DNA of 64,000 bases, from assembly GCA_024278985.1 (NCBI GenBank), contig JAJRSC010000030.1:1-64000 (forward strand), read 5' to 3'. The stretch's first letter is position 1. Each line of letters starts with the position of its first letter. Shown in pieces: positions 32,480-44,986 of this stretch. Origin of the DNA: an archaeon. GTDB lineage: Archaea; AGJL01; Methanococci; Methanococcales; Methanocaldococcaceae. The position numbers and the translations under genes are program-made. The notes under the pieces were generated by a model, which was given only the letters and a program-made list of their open reading frames with translations, searched no databases and was not told where the DNA came from.

Positions 32480-33170
32480 AAATATTCGACCTTATGAATT
32501 CCCTTAAGTCTCTTAATGTTCCAAAATTTAGTAAACCATATTCAGATATGGCTATAACTTCACTATTTAAAAATTCATTTTTTATTATTGGAGATGTTGG
32601 AGAGTTGTTAATTAAATCATTCCCAGGAGAAAGTGGGTTAAAGGCAGGTAAGACAATATAATTTTTATTGATTAAATAAATGGGTAATTTTATTATTGCT
32701 CCTACATCATCTCTAAGTTTTATAGAAGGATGTTCATGAGATATTATAAAATTCTCTCCTTTTATATGTTTATGTCCATGAGCTATAATATAGTTATTCA
32801 ATTTATAGTAATCTAAAATTTCGATATCTTTAGGGAATAGAGAGTCATGATTTCCTTTAATTAAAATTAATTCTACATACTCATTAATCTCACTTATAAA
32901 CTCTTTTAGTAGTTTTATCTCATTTGGATATGGTTTAAAGTTATGTTTTATATCTCCATTAATAATCAATTTTTTTATATTGTACTTATTAATTAAATTA
33001 ATAATATCCCTAACTACTTTATTTTTATGTATAATTGGAAAATTAGCCCCACCTTCTCCAAAATGAATATCAAACCCTATATGTATATCTCCAATAATTC
33101 CAATATCTTTATAAATAACAACTTTATCAGGAGTTAATGTAAATTTATTTATTTTTATTATCTATTCCAT
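32469..33170 (-). CDS. Metallophosphoesterase (calcineurin-like) with in-frame TAG at codon 3
   Basis: ATG GAA TAG then open frame with GDIHIG, NGD, GNHD, HGH, HEHP. Confidence 0.8.
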
Positions 33171-33337
33171 AATTATCTATTTTGAAATTTTTAAATTAAA
33201 TATTTATTGAATTATATAATTTCTAAAATTTTAACCTTAATATAACAATAGTTTTTTATTTACATTTTGAGCATATCATAATTTATTATTAATATAATTA
33301 TCTTAAACTATAAAAGAATAATTTAGGAGGAGATTAA

Positions 33338-34546
33338 ATGATTAAACAGAAATGTATTGAATGTGGTAAAGAGTATAATGTTGATGAAATTGTCTATAAC
33401 TGTGAATGTGGAGGATTGTTAGAAATTGTTTATGATTTAGAAAATTTAGAAGTTAGTAGAGAAACATTTAAAAACAGAGAGTTTGGTGTTTGGAGATATA
33501 AAGAATTTTTACCTGTTAAAGATGAAAATAAAATAATATCCTTAAAGGAAGGAAATACACCACTTTATAGATGTAAAAATTTAGAGGAAATTTTTGGTGT
33601 TAAGGAGCTTTATGTAAAGCATGAAGGGGCTAATCCAACAGGTAGTTTTAAAGATAGAGGAATGACTGTAGGGGTTAGTTTAGCAAATACTTTAAATATA
33701 AAGTCAGTTGGCTGTGCATCAACAGGAAATACTTCAGCATCCTTAGCAGCCTACTCTGCAAAGGCAGGGATGAACTGTATAGTTCTACTACCAGAGGGTA
33801 AGGTTGCTTTGGGAAAATTAGCTCAGGCAATGTTTTATGGTGCTAAGGTTTTGGAGGTTATGGGTAATTTTGATTATGCCTTAGAAATGGTTAGAGAATT
33901 GGCAAATAAAAAGTATGTTTATCTTTTAAATTCTGTTAATCCATTTAGATTAGAAGGACAAAAAACTATTGGTTTTGAGATAGCAGAACAACTAAATTGG
34001 GATGTACCTGATAGGGTTATTGTTCCAGTTGGAAATGCTGGGAATATATCAGCAATATGGAAAGGATTTAAAGAATTTTATAAAACTGGATTAATTGATT
34101 CTCTCCCAAAAATGACAGGGATACAGGCAGAAGGAGCTAATCCAATAGTAAGAGCATTTAAAAAAGGTAAGGAGGATATTGAACCATATCCAAATCCTGA
34201 GACAGTTGCTACTGCAATTAGAATAGGTAATCCAGTAAATGCAAAAAAAGCACTTAGAGCAATTTATGAATCTAAGGGATATGCTGAAGATGTAAGTGAT
34301 GAAGAAATTTTAAATGCTCAAAAATTATTAGCAAGGAAAGAGGGAATATTTGTAGAACCAGCTTCTGCTTCATCAATTGCTGGATTAAAAAAACTCTTAG
34401 AAGAGGGAATAATTGATAAAGATGAAAAAATAGTTTGTATAACAACTGGACATGGATTAAAAGACCCTGATGCTGCTATAAGAGCATGTGAAAAACCAAT
34501 AAAAGTTAAAAATATTGATGATATATTAAAAATAATCTCCAATTAA
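33338..34546 (+). CDS. thrC: Threonine synthase
   Basis: NPTGSFKDRG, ASTGNT, PVGNAGN, TGHGLKD. Confidence 0.96.
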   Translation: MIKQKCIECGKEYNVDEIVYNCECGGLLEIVYDLENLEVSRETFKNREFGVWRYKEFLPVKDENKIISLKEGNTPLYRCKNLEEIFGVKELYVKHEGANPTGSFKDRGMTVGVSLANTLNIKSVGCASTGNTSASLAAYSAKAGMNCIVLLPEGKVALGKLAQAMFYGAKVLEVMGNFDYALEMVRELANKKYVYLLNSVNPFRLEGQKTIGFEIAEQLNWDVPDRVIVPVGNAGNISAIWKGFKEFYKTGLIDSLPKMTGIQAEGANPIVRAFKKGKEDIEPYPNPETVATAIRIGNPVNAKKALRAIYESKGYAEDVSDEEILNAQKLLARKEGIFVEPASASSIAGLKKLLEEGIIDKDEKIVCITTGHGLKDPDAAIRACEKPIKVKNIDDILKIISN

Positions 34547-34696
34547 TTAAAATATTTATTCATTTATTTTAATATAAATATGTATGAATAACTTATATAC
34601 TTCGACACTCATAAAATTATAATTGTGTTTTTTGAGGATGAGCATACGAATGCTTTTTATGATTAATATTAAAATCGTTTTTTATGGTGAATTTTT

Positions 34697-35707
34697 ATGA
34701 GATTTTATAATCGTGAAAGAGAGTTAAATTACCTAAAAACTTACTGTCAGTTAGAACCTAATTCTATTTTATTTGTTTATGGACCAAAATCTTCTGGGAA
34801 ATCAACAGTAATGAGAAGAGTTATTAAGGAGTTAGATGGTAGTAATGTAGTGTTTTTCTATTATAACCTAAGAAAGTATGCTACATATAGCAAGGAGGAG
34901 TTTTTAAGGATATTTTTTGAAAAGTCTGATAAAAAGTATCTATTAAATAAATTAGAACTTAACTTGGGAGTTTGTAAGTTTGGGATTGAAGAAAATTTTG
35001 ATTTTAATAGCTTATATTTAAATGATGTTTTTGCTAAAATAAATGAAAGTATAAATGCAGTTGTTGAAGAGGGAAAAAAACCAGTTTTAATAATAGATGA
35101 ACTGCAAAAGTTAAAGAATATTTACTTTAACAGTGGCAAGTCATTGTTAAATGAGTTATTTAATTTATTTGTATCTCTAACAAAAATGGAACACCTTTGT
35201 CATGTTATTTGTTTAACTTCTGACACTCTATTTATTGAGGAAATTCATAGAAATTCTACTTTAGAAAATGCTTCTAAGTATTATTTAATTGATTGGTTAC
35301 GGAAAGAGAGTATTAAAAGAATTTTAAAAGAAGAGGGTTTTAATGAAAAAGAAATAGATTATTGCTTAAACTATCTATCACTACCTTATGAAATAGTTGA
35401 TTTGATTGAAAATAAAAAACTTGGCTTGTCTGTTGAAGAGACTATAAGGCAGTGGATTAATATTGAGGCAGATAAGTTAAAGTACATAATTGATACTTCC
35501 AATTTAAATGAAGATGAAATTTATAACATCCTTTCTAAATTAAAGGACAATATAAAGGTTGACTATAAAAAAGAAGTTAAAAAAGAAGAGATGAAATATA
35601 TAAAATTTCTAATTGAGAGAGAGGTTTTATTCTATGATGTCGTAAATGGAATTATAAAACCTACATCACTAAAAAAGTGGTATGCTATAAAGGAAATTTT
35701 AGAGTAA
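34697..35707 (+). CDS. Archaeal (Methanocaldococcus-expanded) P-loop ATPase
   Basis: FYNREREL, GPKSSGKS, IIDELQ. Confidence 0.9.
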   Translation: MRFYNRERELNYLKTYCQLEPNSILFVYGPKSSGKSTVMRRVIKELDGSNVVFFYYNLRKYATYSKEEFLRIFFEKSDKKYLLNKLELNLGVCKFGIEENFDFNSLYLNDVFAKINESINAVVEEGKKPVLIIDELQKLKNIYFNSGKSLLNELFNLFVSLTKMEHLCHVICLTSDTLFIEEIHRNSTLENASKYYLIDWLRKESIKRILKEEGFNEKEIDYCLNYLSLPYEIVDLIENKKLGLSVEETIRQWINIEADKLKYIIDTSNLNEDEIYNILSKLKDNIKVDYKKEVKKEEMKYIKFLIEREVLFYDVVNGIIKPTSLKKWYAIKEILE

Positions 35708-35998
35708 ATTATTTTACTTTTCTAATTTATTTTCTAATAGATAACTTATTTAGATTTTGAAATTAATAGTTATAAGGTTGGCTGTGGGATTTATAATATT
35801 TTGAGAATTGAAATCATATATTTAGAACCATAATAAACTTAAAGCAACATAAAATAAAGATAAAAACAAAAAAGCAAATTAAATTTTTTAATATTGATTA
35901 TTAAAATTATTAATCAGATAATATAACCATAAATTTTTAATAGTTTGCTACAAAATTATTTTTAGTTCTTAAGTTTTGTTTTATAAAAAGTGAGTAAA

Positions 35999-36301
35999 AT
36001 GCATAAAGAGCAATTAATGAGATTACATCAGTTTTTTGTTTATGTTATTAAGGAACTGATAGATGATGATTTTAAAAATTCTGAGGAATGTAAAAGATTG
36101 TTATATCTTTATGAAAAGTTGGATGTTAAGCCTCATCATATACATAGATTAAAATGTGAGCAAAAAACTGCTATCTTTATACTATCCACATGTCTGGCTA
36201 AGTTTTTATATAAAAAGATGGATATCCCTAAAAATTTACCTGAAAAATTTGAAGAAAATGCTTTAAAACATTTAAGAGCCTGCAGAAAAGATATTGAGTG
36301 A
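35999..36301 (+). CDS. UPF0058 family protein
   Basis: [17 protein letters not shown] motif. Confidence 0.8.
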   Translation: MHKEQLMRLHQFFVYVIKELIDDDFKNSEECKRLLYLYEKLDVKPHHIHRLKCEQKTAIFILSTCLAKFLYKKMDIPKNLPEKFEENALKHLRACRKDIE

Positions 36302-36305
36302 AAAA

Positions 36306-37229
36306 ATGAATCCTAAGGAATTTATTGAGGAAAAGGTTGAAGAACTAAAAAAAGAAATTGGAAATAGAAAGGCAATAATTGCCCTTAGTGGAGGAGTAGA
36401 TAGTTCTGTTGCAGCAATATTAACAAGTTTAGCAATTGGAGATAATTTAACTGCTGTCTTTGTTGATACTGGCTTAATGAGAAAAGGAGAAAGAGAAGAA
36501 GTTGAAAAAGCATTTAAAGATAGGTTAAATTTAATTGTTGTAGATGCTAAAGATAGATTCTTAAATGCATTAAAAGGAGTAAAAGACCCAGAAGAAAAAA
36601 GAAAAATTATAGGAAAATTATTTATTGATGTATTTGAAGAAGTTGCCAAAAAAATAGGGGCTGAGGTTTTAGTTCAGGGAACTATTGCTCCAGATTGGAT
36701 AGAAACAGAGGGTAAAATTAAGAGCCATCATAATATTGCTCTGCCATCAGGGATGGTTTTGGAAGTTGTTGAGCCATTAAGAGAACTTTATAAGGATGAG
36801 GTTAGATTAGTTGCTAAAGAGTTAAATTTACCAGATAGCATTGTTTATAGACAACCATTTCCAGGGCCTGGTTTGGCAGTAAGAGTTTTAGGAGAAGTTA
36901 CAGAAGAAAAATTAAATATTTGTAGAGAAGCAAATGCTATAGTTGAGGAAGAGGTTAAAAAATCAGGATTAGATAAAGAATTATGGCAATACTTTGCAGC
37001 AGTTTTAGATTGTAAAGCAACAGGAGTTAAGGGAGATGAAAGAGAATATAACTGGATAGTTGCTATAAGAATGGTTAAATCACTTGATGCCATGACTGCA
37101 GATGTTCCAGAGATTCCTTTTGAACTTTTAAAAAGAATTAGTAAAAGAATAACATCAGAAGTTCCTAATGTTGCAAGAGTAGTATTTGATATAACTGATA
37201 AACCTCCAGCAACTATTGAGTTTGAATAG
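36306..37229 (+). CDS. guaAB: GMP synthase ATP-pyrophosphatase subunit B
   Basis: [28 protein letters not shown]. Confidence 0.96.
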   Translation: MNPKEFIEEKVEELKKEIGNRKAIIALSGGVDSSVAAILTSLAIGDNLTAVFVDTGLMRKGEREEVEKAFKDRLNLIVVDAKDRFLNALKGVKDPEEKRKIIGKLFIDVFEEVAKKIGAEVLVQGTIAPDWIETEGKIKSHHNIALPSGMVLEVVEPLRELYKDEVRLVAKELNLPDSIVYRQPFPGPGLAVRVLGEVTEEKLNICREANAIVEEEVKKSGLDKELWQYFAAVLDCKATGVKGDEREYNWIVAIRMVKSLDAMTADVPEIPFELLKRISKRITSEVPNVARVVFDITDKPPATIEFE

Positions 37230-37584
37230 TATTTTTTTCTTTTCTTTTCTCTTTTTTTTCTCTAATATATGGAAATCTATATACTTTACCACATTCTAAG
37301 CAAGTATATACAACATGAGGGTATCTTTTACTTTTTACTCTAACCCTTAAATTTTTTCCAGGAATCCAAAAAGTTAAACATTTTTTACAAAATCTTCTCT
37401 TCCATTTTTTTGGCATTTTTAACCTAACTTTCATTGCAATTCTTCTTGCTAAATATACATATCTTTTAACTCTCTCCCAATTTCCTTTTTCTGCTTCTTC
37501 TTTAGCTAAATTCATTAATCTATCAATTCTCTCAAGTGCGATTTTTTTTATTTTTTTTTCAAGCTTGTTTTTCATAATAATCAT
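37213..37584 (-). CDS. rnp4: RNase P protein component 4 (Rpp21)
   Basis: IALERI, RRFCKKC, TCLECG, RFPY. Confidence 0.92.
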   Translation of the reverse strand: MIIMKNKLEKKIKKIALERIDRLMNLAKEEAEKGNWERVKRYVYLARRIAMKVRLKMPKKWKRRFCKKCLTFWIPGKNLRVRVKSKRYPHVVYTCLECGKVYRFPYIREKKEKRKEKNTIQTQ

Positions 37585-37654
37585 TGTTATTTACAACTAT
37601 AAACACTAAACATTTATAATAGTTTATATTATTTTATAATGTAAAACATTATTA

Positions 37655-38599
37655 ATGTTAGAGGAGATAACAATGATAAAGGACCAAGACAATAACGAAA
37701 ATGAATTTAATAATGTTGTTGATGAAATACTTAATATTTTTTATAATATTAATAAAATAGTTGATTTATATAAATTAACATATGAATATATAAGAAACTC
37801 AAAATATTGTGAATTACATACCATTAACATAGAAGTTATTAAAAGATTAGATACTAAAAAAATACCTGATCTACTAAAATATATAATTATTAATTATTAT
37901 TTATATTTTGTATCTCTATTTATGAATTTAGGACTTCTTGATAAGTGTTTAGAGATACTTACTTACTTATATAATAAATTTCCAGAGGACATTACAGTTT
38001 TATATGTTTCAGGTTATTTATTAAAAAAATTAGGTCAGTATGAAAGGGTAATAGAAATATTTAATAAGATAATAGAAAAGTTTCCTAAATCATATTTGGC
38101 TAAATTTGAATTAGCTGAAATATACTATAACATTGGTAATTATGATAATGCATATAAATTATTCAAGGAATGTATTGAATTCAATGATAATGATATTGAG
38201 AGTCTAAAATATTGTGGGAGTATATGTTTCAGAAAAGGAAAGTATAGAGATGCTTTAGAATACTTTAAAAGAGCTTATGAAATAAATAGTAAGGACTCAA
38301 CAGTCTTATATTATTTAGTAGATATATTAATGATTTTAGGGAAAATTAAAGAGGCTAAAAGATATATAAAGGAAATTTTAAAACTTTCTTCAGAAGACCC
38401 TAAATTATATGTTATCTCTGGAACTATATACAACAAATTAGGAGAATATAAAAAAGCTATAATATGTTTTGATAAAGCTATTGAACTATTTCCTTTCTTA
38501 AGTGAAGCATGGTATGGTAAAGGTATAGCATTGGAAAAACTTGGTAGAGTTGAGGAAGCTATTGAATGCTTTAATAGAGCTACATCTCTACTTGAGTAA
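37655..38599 (+). CDS. Tetratricopeptide repeat protein
   Basis: Repeated TPR motifs e.g. [22 protein letters not shown]. Confidence 0.85.
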   Translation: MLEEITMIKDQDNNENEFNNVVDEILNIFYNINKIVDLYKLTYEYIRNSKYCELHTINIEVIKRLDTKKIPDLLKYIIINYYLYFVSLFMNLGLLDKCLEILTYLYNKFPEDITVLYVSGYLLKKLGQYERVIEIFNKIIEKFPKSYLAKFELAEIYYNIGNYDNAYKLFKECIEFNDNDIESLKYCGSICFRKGKYRDALEYFKRAYEINSKDSTVLYYLVDILMILGKIKEAKRYIKEILKLSSEDPKLYVISGTIYNKLGEYKKAIICFDKAIELFPFLSEAWYGKGIALEKLGRVEEAIECFNRATSLLE

Positions 38600-39769
38600 T
38601 TTAGTTCTATAATATAACATATCCTGTAAGCCATGATACTTAACCATTCCTGCGAGTTCTTTTTGGTCAATATCTTTCTCATCAAAAGAAACCATTTCTT
38701 TGTTATATAATGAATATTTACTATCTCTTGCTACTACTCTAACACTTCCACCAAATAACTTAACTTTTACAGTACCACAAACTCTTTCCTGTGTTTTATC
38801 AATAAATGCATCTAAATCTTCTTTTAAAGCACTAAACCATAGTCCTTTATAGATAAGTTCCCCATATAGAGAATCAACAATTTCCTTAAATCTTAACTCA
38901 TCTCTTGTTAAAACTAACTGCTCTAAAGCTTTATGAGCTGTTATTAATAATACAGCTCCAGGGCATTCATAGTTTTCTCTTGATTTTAATCCAATAATTC
39001 TATCTTCTATTATATCAATTCTTCCAACTCCATGTTTTCCAGCAATTTCATTTGCTTTTTTTATTAATTCAACGGGATTTAATTCTTCTCCATTAATTGC
39101 AACAGGAACACCATTATCAAAGGTTATTTCTACTATTTCCTCCTCTTTATCTTCAGCTGGGTTTTTTGTCCAGCTATATATTTCTTCTGGAGGTATAAAA
39201 TCAGGATTTTCTAATTCATCTCCTTCTATACTTCTACCCCATAAGTTTTCATCAATACTATATTTTTTACTCTCTGTTGGTATTGGAATACCTTTTTTCT
39301 TTGCATATTCTATTTCTTCCTTTCTTGTTAAGTTTAAATCTCTTATTGGTGCAATTATCTTTATATCAGGTGCTTTTATTCTTATGGTTGTTTCAAATCT
39401 AAATTGGTCGTTACCTTTTCCAGTACAACCATGTGCAATTGCTTCAGCATTTTCTTTTTTGGCAATTTCAACAACTTTATCTGCTATTAATGGCCTTGCC
39501 AAAGCTGTTGATAGAGGATATCCTTCATACATAGCATTTGCTTTTATAGCCCTAAATATATAATCTTTAACAAATTCTTCCTTGGCATCTATGGTATAAT
39601 GCTTTAAAACTCCTAAGTTTTTTGCCTTTTCCTCAACTTCTTTGAGTTCTTCTTTTGATAATCCAACATCTACACATACAGAGATAACTTTATAGCCCAT
39701 ATCTTCTAACAACTTTAAACAGCAACTTGTATCCAATCCTCCAGAATATGCTAAAACTGCCTTTTTCAT
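38588..39769 (-). CDS. argG: Argininosuccinate synthase
   Basis: [28 protein letters not shown]. Confidence 0.97.
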   Translation of the reverse strand: MKKAVLAYSGGLDTSCCLKLLEDMGYKVISVCVDVGLSKEELKEVEEKAKNLGVLKHYTIDAKEEFVKDYIFRAIKANAMYEGYPLSTALARPLIADKVVEIAKKENAEAIAHGCTGKGNDQFRFETTIRIKAPDIKIIAPIRDLNLTRKEEIEYAKKKGIPIPTESKKYSIDENLWGRSIEGDELENPDFIPPEEIYSWTKNPAEDKEEEIVEITFDNGVPVAINGEELNPVELIKKANEIAGKHGVGRIDIIEDRIIGLKSRENYECPGAVLLITAHKALEQLVLTRDELRFKEIVDSLYGELIYKGLWFSALKEDLDAFIDKTQERVCGTVKVKLFGGSVRVVARDSKYSLYNKEMVSFDEKDIDQKELAGMVKYHGLQDMLYYRTKLLK

Positions 39770-39770
39770 A

Positions 39771-41339
39771 TCACTCCCTCCAAAAATCATTATAAAATAA
39801 TTCAAAATCTTGATTATACTTCTTACCTATTTTTAAAGCTATCTCTGCCTTAGCTAACTCTCTTCCAAAATATGCAGCATGTCCTAAACTGTTAATTAAA
39901 TTTAATCTTATTGCTGTATCATATATCTCTTTTGCAGTTTTTCCTTTAATAATTAACTTTGGTTCTCTTCTTTTAAAATATATTGCAACTATTTCCTTAT
40001 TTTCTCTATCAATTTCTATTTTAAAGCTTCCAGAATCTAACAAAGTTTTTTTATTCTCTTCAGCTTTGATAATTGGAATATTTATATATTTCTTATAAGT
40101 TGTTTCTTCATCAAATTTTTTATCCTTGTAGTTTATCAAATTATAACCCAAATCTTTAGGTAAGGATTTTCTTTTTTTAGCCAAAAACATCATTTTACTT
40201 GCTATTTTTAACTCTTTTATGGAAAATTTACATTTTGAACTTGCTTCAGGTGTAAAAAGAATATTGGCATTAACTTCCATAGCAATAGCTGTTAATAGTG
40301 CATTTACTCCATTACTATCAGCATCAAACAACTCACTAACATTTCCTACACCAAAAAATGTTGGAATATTTGTTTCCTCTTTAAATATCTTATATGCCAT
40401 TACACTATCTATAAATTTAAACTCATTATTTATGGGCTCTAAAATAAGGTCACCAACAACTTTTTCAACACCATTATCTATAAGATAGTTACACAACCTT
40501 TTTAATGATGCTACTCTATCCTCAATGGTTGAGGGAACATAATTATTTTTATAGTTTGTTGGTAAGGCTACAACAGCAGTATCAGAATCTTTTAAAAGAG
40601 TTAATAACTCCTCTACATTCCCAAAATCCACACTTAAAATTAAATCAGCCAATCCTATACCTTCCTTTAACTCTTTAGGGTTTAATGTGTCTATACTTAT
40701 TGGTAAATCAGTTATGTCCTTAGCAAATTTTATAAGTTCTTTTATTTTATCACTATTATCTTCTCCTGATATCATTCCTAAGTCAATCATATCTGCTCCA
40801 CTTTCCTCATAATAGATAATTCTTTTTTCTAATTCTTTTTTAGTAAGATAAGGAACTCCTGCAATCTCTCCCAAAATTCTCATAGGAAAGTTATCTCCTA
40901 TTTTAATTTTACCTATTTTAAATTTTTCTTTACCTAACTCAGATTTTTTTATTTCCTCTTCATTTCTTTTTTTAATTAAATCAAATAAAATAACATCTGC
41001 TGGCAGTATGGTAGATAACTGAACATTTTTAATATTCTCCAATAAAACAGGTAAATCAGAGACATCTTTAGTTGATTTATAGCATTTTATATTTGCTCTC
41101 TCTTCAACAACCTTTAAGTCTCCTCTGACTAATCCAGTCACTAATATAAAGTCATATATATTATGTAACTTATTGTTTAATTTTTCTTCCAATTTTTTAA
41201 TTTCCTTAATAATTAAATTTGGTGTTAAAAAAGCAGCTATCAATATATTTGCAACATGAACATCAACAAAATTAAAATTTTTAACAGCATCCTTAACTTT
41301 TTTCTCTGCTAACTTGCCAGTTATTATTAAAATTTTCAT
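39771..41339 (-). CDS. Dihydropteroate synthase-like protein (pterin-binding domain)
   Basis: [30 protein letters not shown]. Confidence 0.85.
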   Translation of the reverse strand: MKILIITGKLAEKKVKDAVKNFNFVDVHVANILIAAFLTPNLIIKEIKKLEEKLNNKLHNIYDFILVTGLVRGDLKVVEERANIKCYKSTKDVSDLPVLLENIKNVQLSTILPADVILFDLIKKRNEEEIKKSELGKEKFKIGKIKIGDNFPMRILGEIAGVPYLTKKELEKRIIYYEESGADMIDLGMISGEDNSDKIKELIKFAKDITDLPISIDTLNPKELKEGIGLADLILSVDFGNVEELLTLLKDSDTAVVALPTNYKNNYVPSTIEDRVASLKRLCNYLIDNGVEKVVGDLILEPINNEFKFIDSVMAYKIFKEETNIPTFFGVGNVSELFDADSNGVNALLTAIAMEVNANILFTPEASSKCKFSIKELKIASKMMFLAKKRKSLPKDLGYNLINYKDKKFDEETTYKKYINIPIIKAEENKKTLLDSGSFKIEIDRENKEIVAIYFKRREPKLIIKGKTAKEIYDTAIRLNLINSLGHAAYFGRELAKAEIALKIGKKYNQDFELFYNDFWRE

Positions 41340-41346
41340 AGTAATC

Positions 41347-43374
41347 CTATTTAAATATATGGATAAATTTATTATAGTTCTCTTTAGAGATATTTTTAAG
41401 AATATTCTTTATTAATTCTCTTTCATCATTTGAAAAATATTCATATTTAAGAGCTAAAATATATATAAAATCCTCTAATAGGTTAGGGTATTTTTTACTT
41501 AAATAATTAAATATTTCTAAAACTGACTTTTTATTTTCTGAATTTAAAAATTTCTCAAATTTATATATTGTTTCTGGTTCATTATTAATTATTTTCTCAA
41601 TAATTTTTAATATTATGTCTTTATCCCCATATTTTAATTCAATAATTAGAGTTGGTAAAAAAATAGATGATGGGCACAATTCCAATAATTTTAATGCCTT
41701 TCTTCTTAACATTTTTGAATTTGTTGATATTATATCAACAATCTTAGGCATTATTAATTTAATATCTTCATCACTTAACAAACCTAATTTATAAAACTCT
41801 AATATACAATCAATTAAAGCTAAATATGAATGATAACCAATAGCTAAATTTAAAATTTCTCCAATTTTATCAACTCTTTTTAATTGGGTATAAATTCTTA
41901 TCTTATTTGCATTTAAAATATCTGAATCTTCAATTTTAATAATATCCAATATTTTTATAATCTCTTCAATATCTTCCTCATCTAAATTTTTAATAATCTT
42001 TGATATATAATAAATTAGCTCCCAATTTGTTTTTAGAGAAGAGATAAATTTTTTCTTGTCAATTAAATTAATGTTTTTTTCTCCAATATATGACATTGTT
42101 ATATATAGCTCATAACCTAATTTCTGAGATATATTTAAAGATTCATAATGAATATTATCATCTAAACATATGTTTGCAATAATTTCCTCAATAATTCTCA
42201 TTGCTATTTTACATTTTCTTATCTCCTCTTCCATCATTAATAAATGTTTAAAGCCACCCATAAATTTTTCTTCTTCTAATTTGTTCATTAAGTTTAGTAG
42301 TTTTTTATGTTCATCTAATAAAATATCAATTATATCCTTGCTTGCTACTTCTTTTAATATTCTTAGAGATGATATTTTTAAACTTAAATTCTGTCCTTTT
42401 AAATATTTCAATACTTTATTTTTGATATAATCTTTTAGGTCTCTATCTTTAGACATTTTTTTTAGTTCTCTTATAGCTGAGGTTTTTGCCTTACCATATC
42501 CAAAAATTAAAAATTTAAATAGTAAATCAGCTTTCTTTTCACTGTTATCCATCAAACTAACTAACTTTACCCCTACAAATTGCTTATTTTCTGTTTGATT
42601 ATATAAGAAGTTCTTTAAAAATTCTTTATTATAAAATTCTTCTGGAAATTTAATATTTTCCCTAATAACAATATTTAATGCCTTTTTTTCATTAAACTCA
42701 AAAAGATTTTTAAGTTCTTCTATATCTATACTAACATTAACATCTAAAATATTAAACAATTTTTTAATATTTTTATATATTTTGATATTTTCCTCTCCTA
42801 AAAGAATAGGGTGTAAATTTTTTTTAATAATGTTTTTATCTAAATAATCAATATATCTAATCAATAGTTCAATAGCAATATCTCTATCCATCACATCATT
42901 GCTATATAACTTCTCTAATAATTTGAATGTTGTCAATTTTTTATAATTTATACAAATATTTTTAAATGAAGTATCAAAATCTCCAAATAGTGACTCAAAT
43001 GCTCTATAATATATATTATCTTTTTTTAAATTTTTTAAATAAATAGGAAGTGCCTCATTATAATATCTTTGAAAACATTTAATAATTGCATCATCCTCAC
43101 ATTCAGAGTTTGTTAAAATTTTTAAAATAGATATAGATTCTTTTTTTATTATTTTTCTATGATTAAGTCCCTTTACAATATATTTAATATATCTTTCTTG
43201 AATATCTTTATTTAATCTTTTTAAAAGAATTAAAGCCCTTCTATAATCTTCCTCATTTTTTGAGGTTAAATATTTTTTTAAGTATTCAACATATTTAGGA
43301 TTTTTATTTATTATTCTTGCCAATTTTAGATATTTTCCAGAGTATAGTAGAGATTGAAATTCATATTCATCCAT
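41347..43374 (-). CDS. Large HEAT/ARM-repeat-like hypothetical protein
   Basis: Helical repeats (RRALILL, RRKALKLL); start MDEYEF. Confidence 0.6.
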   Translation of the reverse strand: MDEYEFQSLLYSGKYLKLARIINKNPKYVEYLKKYLTSKNEEDYRRALILLKRLNKDIQERYIKYIVKGLNHRKIIKKESISILKILTNSECEDDAIIKCFQRYYNEALPIYLKNLKKDNIYYRAFESLFGDFDTSFKNICINYKKLTTFKLLEKLYSNDVMDRDIAIELLIRYIDYLDKNIIKKNLHPILLGEENIKIYKNIKKLFNILDVNVSIDIEELKNLFEFNEKKALNIVIRENIKFPEEFYNKEFLKNFLYNQTENKQFVGVKLVSLMDNSEKKADLLFKFLIFGYGKAKTSAIRELKKMSKDRDLKDYIKNKVLKYLKGQNLSLKISSLRILKEVASKDIIDILLDEHKKLLNLMNKLEEEKFMGGFKHLLMMEEEIRKCKIAMRIIEEIIANICLDDNIHYESLNISQKLGYELYITMSYIGEKNINLIDKKKFISSLKTNWELIYYISKIIKNLDEEDIEEIIKILDIIKIEDSDILNANKIRIYTQLKRVDKIGEILNLAIGYHSYLALIDCILEFYKLGLLSDEDIKLIMPKIVDIISTNSKMLRRKALKLLELCPSSIFLPTLIIELKYGDKDIILKIIEKIINNEPETIYKFEKFLNSENKKSVLEIFNYLSKKYPNLLEDFIYILALKYEYFSNDERELIKNILKNISKENYNKFIHIFK

Positions 43375-43375
43375 A

Positions 43376-44707
43376 CTATCCCAAAGAATATATATATTTA
43401 TTTTTATAAAATTTCTCATTAATTAATCCACAAAAAACTAACTTATAAAGTTCATTATAAAACTCTTTTGTTGTAATTCCACAATCTTTAGCAATTTCTA
43501 AAAATCTACCTTTTCCTTCAATTTCCTTAAATTCTTTTAATATTCTATATAATTCACTATTAATATTACTCTCAATTTCATCAAATATTAATTTTTTTAT
43601 TTTTTCTTTTTCTATCTCTCTAATATTCTCCTTTGGTACATAAATAGAAACTTTCCATAACTTTTTTTCTGCTAAGTTCAAACTCTCTGAAAGTGGAGAA
43701 ATTGAATCAATCTTTTCAACTTTGTTATTTAATAACACAAATACATTATGCTCTTCTATTTTTGGAATTGGAAAAATATCTATAAATATATCAAATCCAT
43801 AAATCTCTTTAAGTTTATTTTCAATCTGTAACACATGATTATCATCTAAGTTTATAAAAAGCCATCTTTCTTTTGGAGACAAATCATAGTATTGAAAGAA
43901 GAATTTTCTTTTATATAAAATTCTTTTATCTAAAAGTTTCATTATATAGTTTTCTCTATTTCTTAAAAAAGAAATTAAATCTACATCATCCATTTTTGAT
44001 AACTCCCCTATCTTTAAATTTTTGTTTAAAATTTCATAACTTACGGCTCTTTTAAGCATGGTATTGGCAATTCTAACAGTTTTATGCATATACACTGCTG
44101 AATACATCTGATGCCTTGCAACTAATAGAGATTCAATTGCTTGAATCCCTTTATTTAATATTCCTATTCTTTTCTTACCTCCAAACTCAATAATTGTTAA
44201 ACTTCTTAAAATCCTTGGAATATCTATTAACCCATATGCTGTTCCTGTGTGATAAGAATCCCTTAGAAGATAATCCATTCTATCAGCATCTACATCACCA
44301 GAGATAATATTACTTTCTAAAACTTTCCCAGAGATAACTCTAACTATTTCCTTTGATGAGAAATTTGGAATATTTAATTTTTTTATTATTTTTTTACCTA
44401 TTTTTTCATGGTTATAGTTAAAAATCTCTAAGGTATGAGAAAAAGGAGGATGACCTATATCATGCAAAAGTCCAGCAATCTTACATAAATCTTTATCAAG
44501 TTCTAATTTTTCAGCCATTTTTTCAGATAAAAACATGGTTCCTAAAGAATGCTCAAATCTTGTATGGTTAGCAGAAGGATAAATAAGATTAGCTAATCCC
44601 AACTGTTTAACATTTCTTAATCTTTGGAATTCTTCAGTATCTATAATTTCTAAAATATTCTCATCAAAATAAATATCCTTATGTATTGAGTCTCTTATTA
44701 CTTTCAT
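43376..44707 (-). CDS. HD-domain phosphohydrolase (SAMHD1/dNTPase-like)
   Basis: RLRNVKQLG, HTRFEHSLG, LLHDIGH, DADRMDY. Confidence 0.9.
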   Translation of the reverse strand: MKVIRDSIHKDIYFDENILEIIDTEEFQRLRNVKQLGLANLIYPSANHTRFEHSLGTMFLSEKMAEKLELDKDLCKIAGLLHDIGHPPFSHTLEIFNYNHEKIGKKIIKKLNIPNFSSKEIVRVISGKVLESNIISGDVDADRMDYLLRDSYHTGTAYGLIDIPRILRSLTIIEFGGKKRIGILNKGIQAIESLLVARHQMYSAVYMHKTVRIANTMLKRAVSYEILNKNLKIGELSKMDDVDLISFLRNRENYIMKLLDKRILYKRKFFFQYYDLSPKERWLFINLDDNHVLQIENKLKEIYGFDIFIDIFPIPKIEEHNVFVLLNNKVEKIDSISPLSESLNLAEKKLWKVSIYVPKENIREIEKEKIKKLIFDEIESNINSELYRILKEFKEIEGKGRFLEIAKDCGITTKEFYNELYKLVFCGLINEKFYKNKYIYSLG

Positions 44708-44767
44708 TATATCAAATTATTTATAGTAAAACCAAAAAATAAAAGCTTTATGATTAAAAAAGATTAA

Positions 44768-44986
44768 TTAAATTATCTTTAAGTTTATCTCTCTAATACA
44801 TTTCATTATTTTATTAAGTTTTTCTTCTAATGTTTTAGCTCTTTCATAATCATTTAAATCTGCCACACTACTTAATTCTTTAATATTTTTTACATTATAT
44901 TTTTTAAATATTTCATTTAATTCTTTTTCAATTTCTTCTCTTTCTTCCTCAAGTACTTTCTTTAATATTCTTGGAGTAACTGCCAT
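44768..44986 (-). CDS. Small hypothetical protein
   Basis: 72 aa charged helical ORF overlapping trpD end. Confidence 0.6.
   Translation of the reverse strand: MAVTPRILKKVLEEEREEIEKELNEIFKKYNVKNIKELSSVADLNDYERAKTLEEKLNKIMKCIREINLKII

Noticed and set aside
34632-34662. tgaggatgagcatacgaatgct small hairpin upstream of the ATPase as a C/D sRNA
   Set aside because: Imperfect C box, no CTGA D box, only a 5-bp stem
35800-35816. gagaattgaaat resembling a CRISPR repeat 3' end
   Set aside because: Single occurrence, no repeat-spacer periodicity
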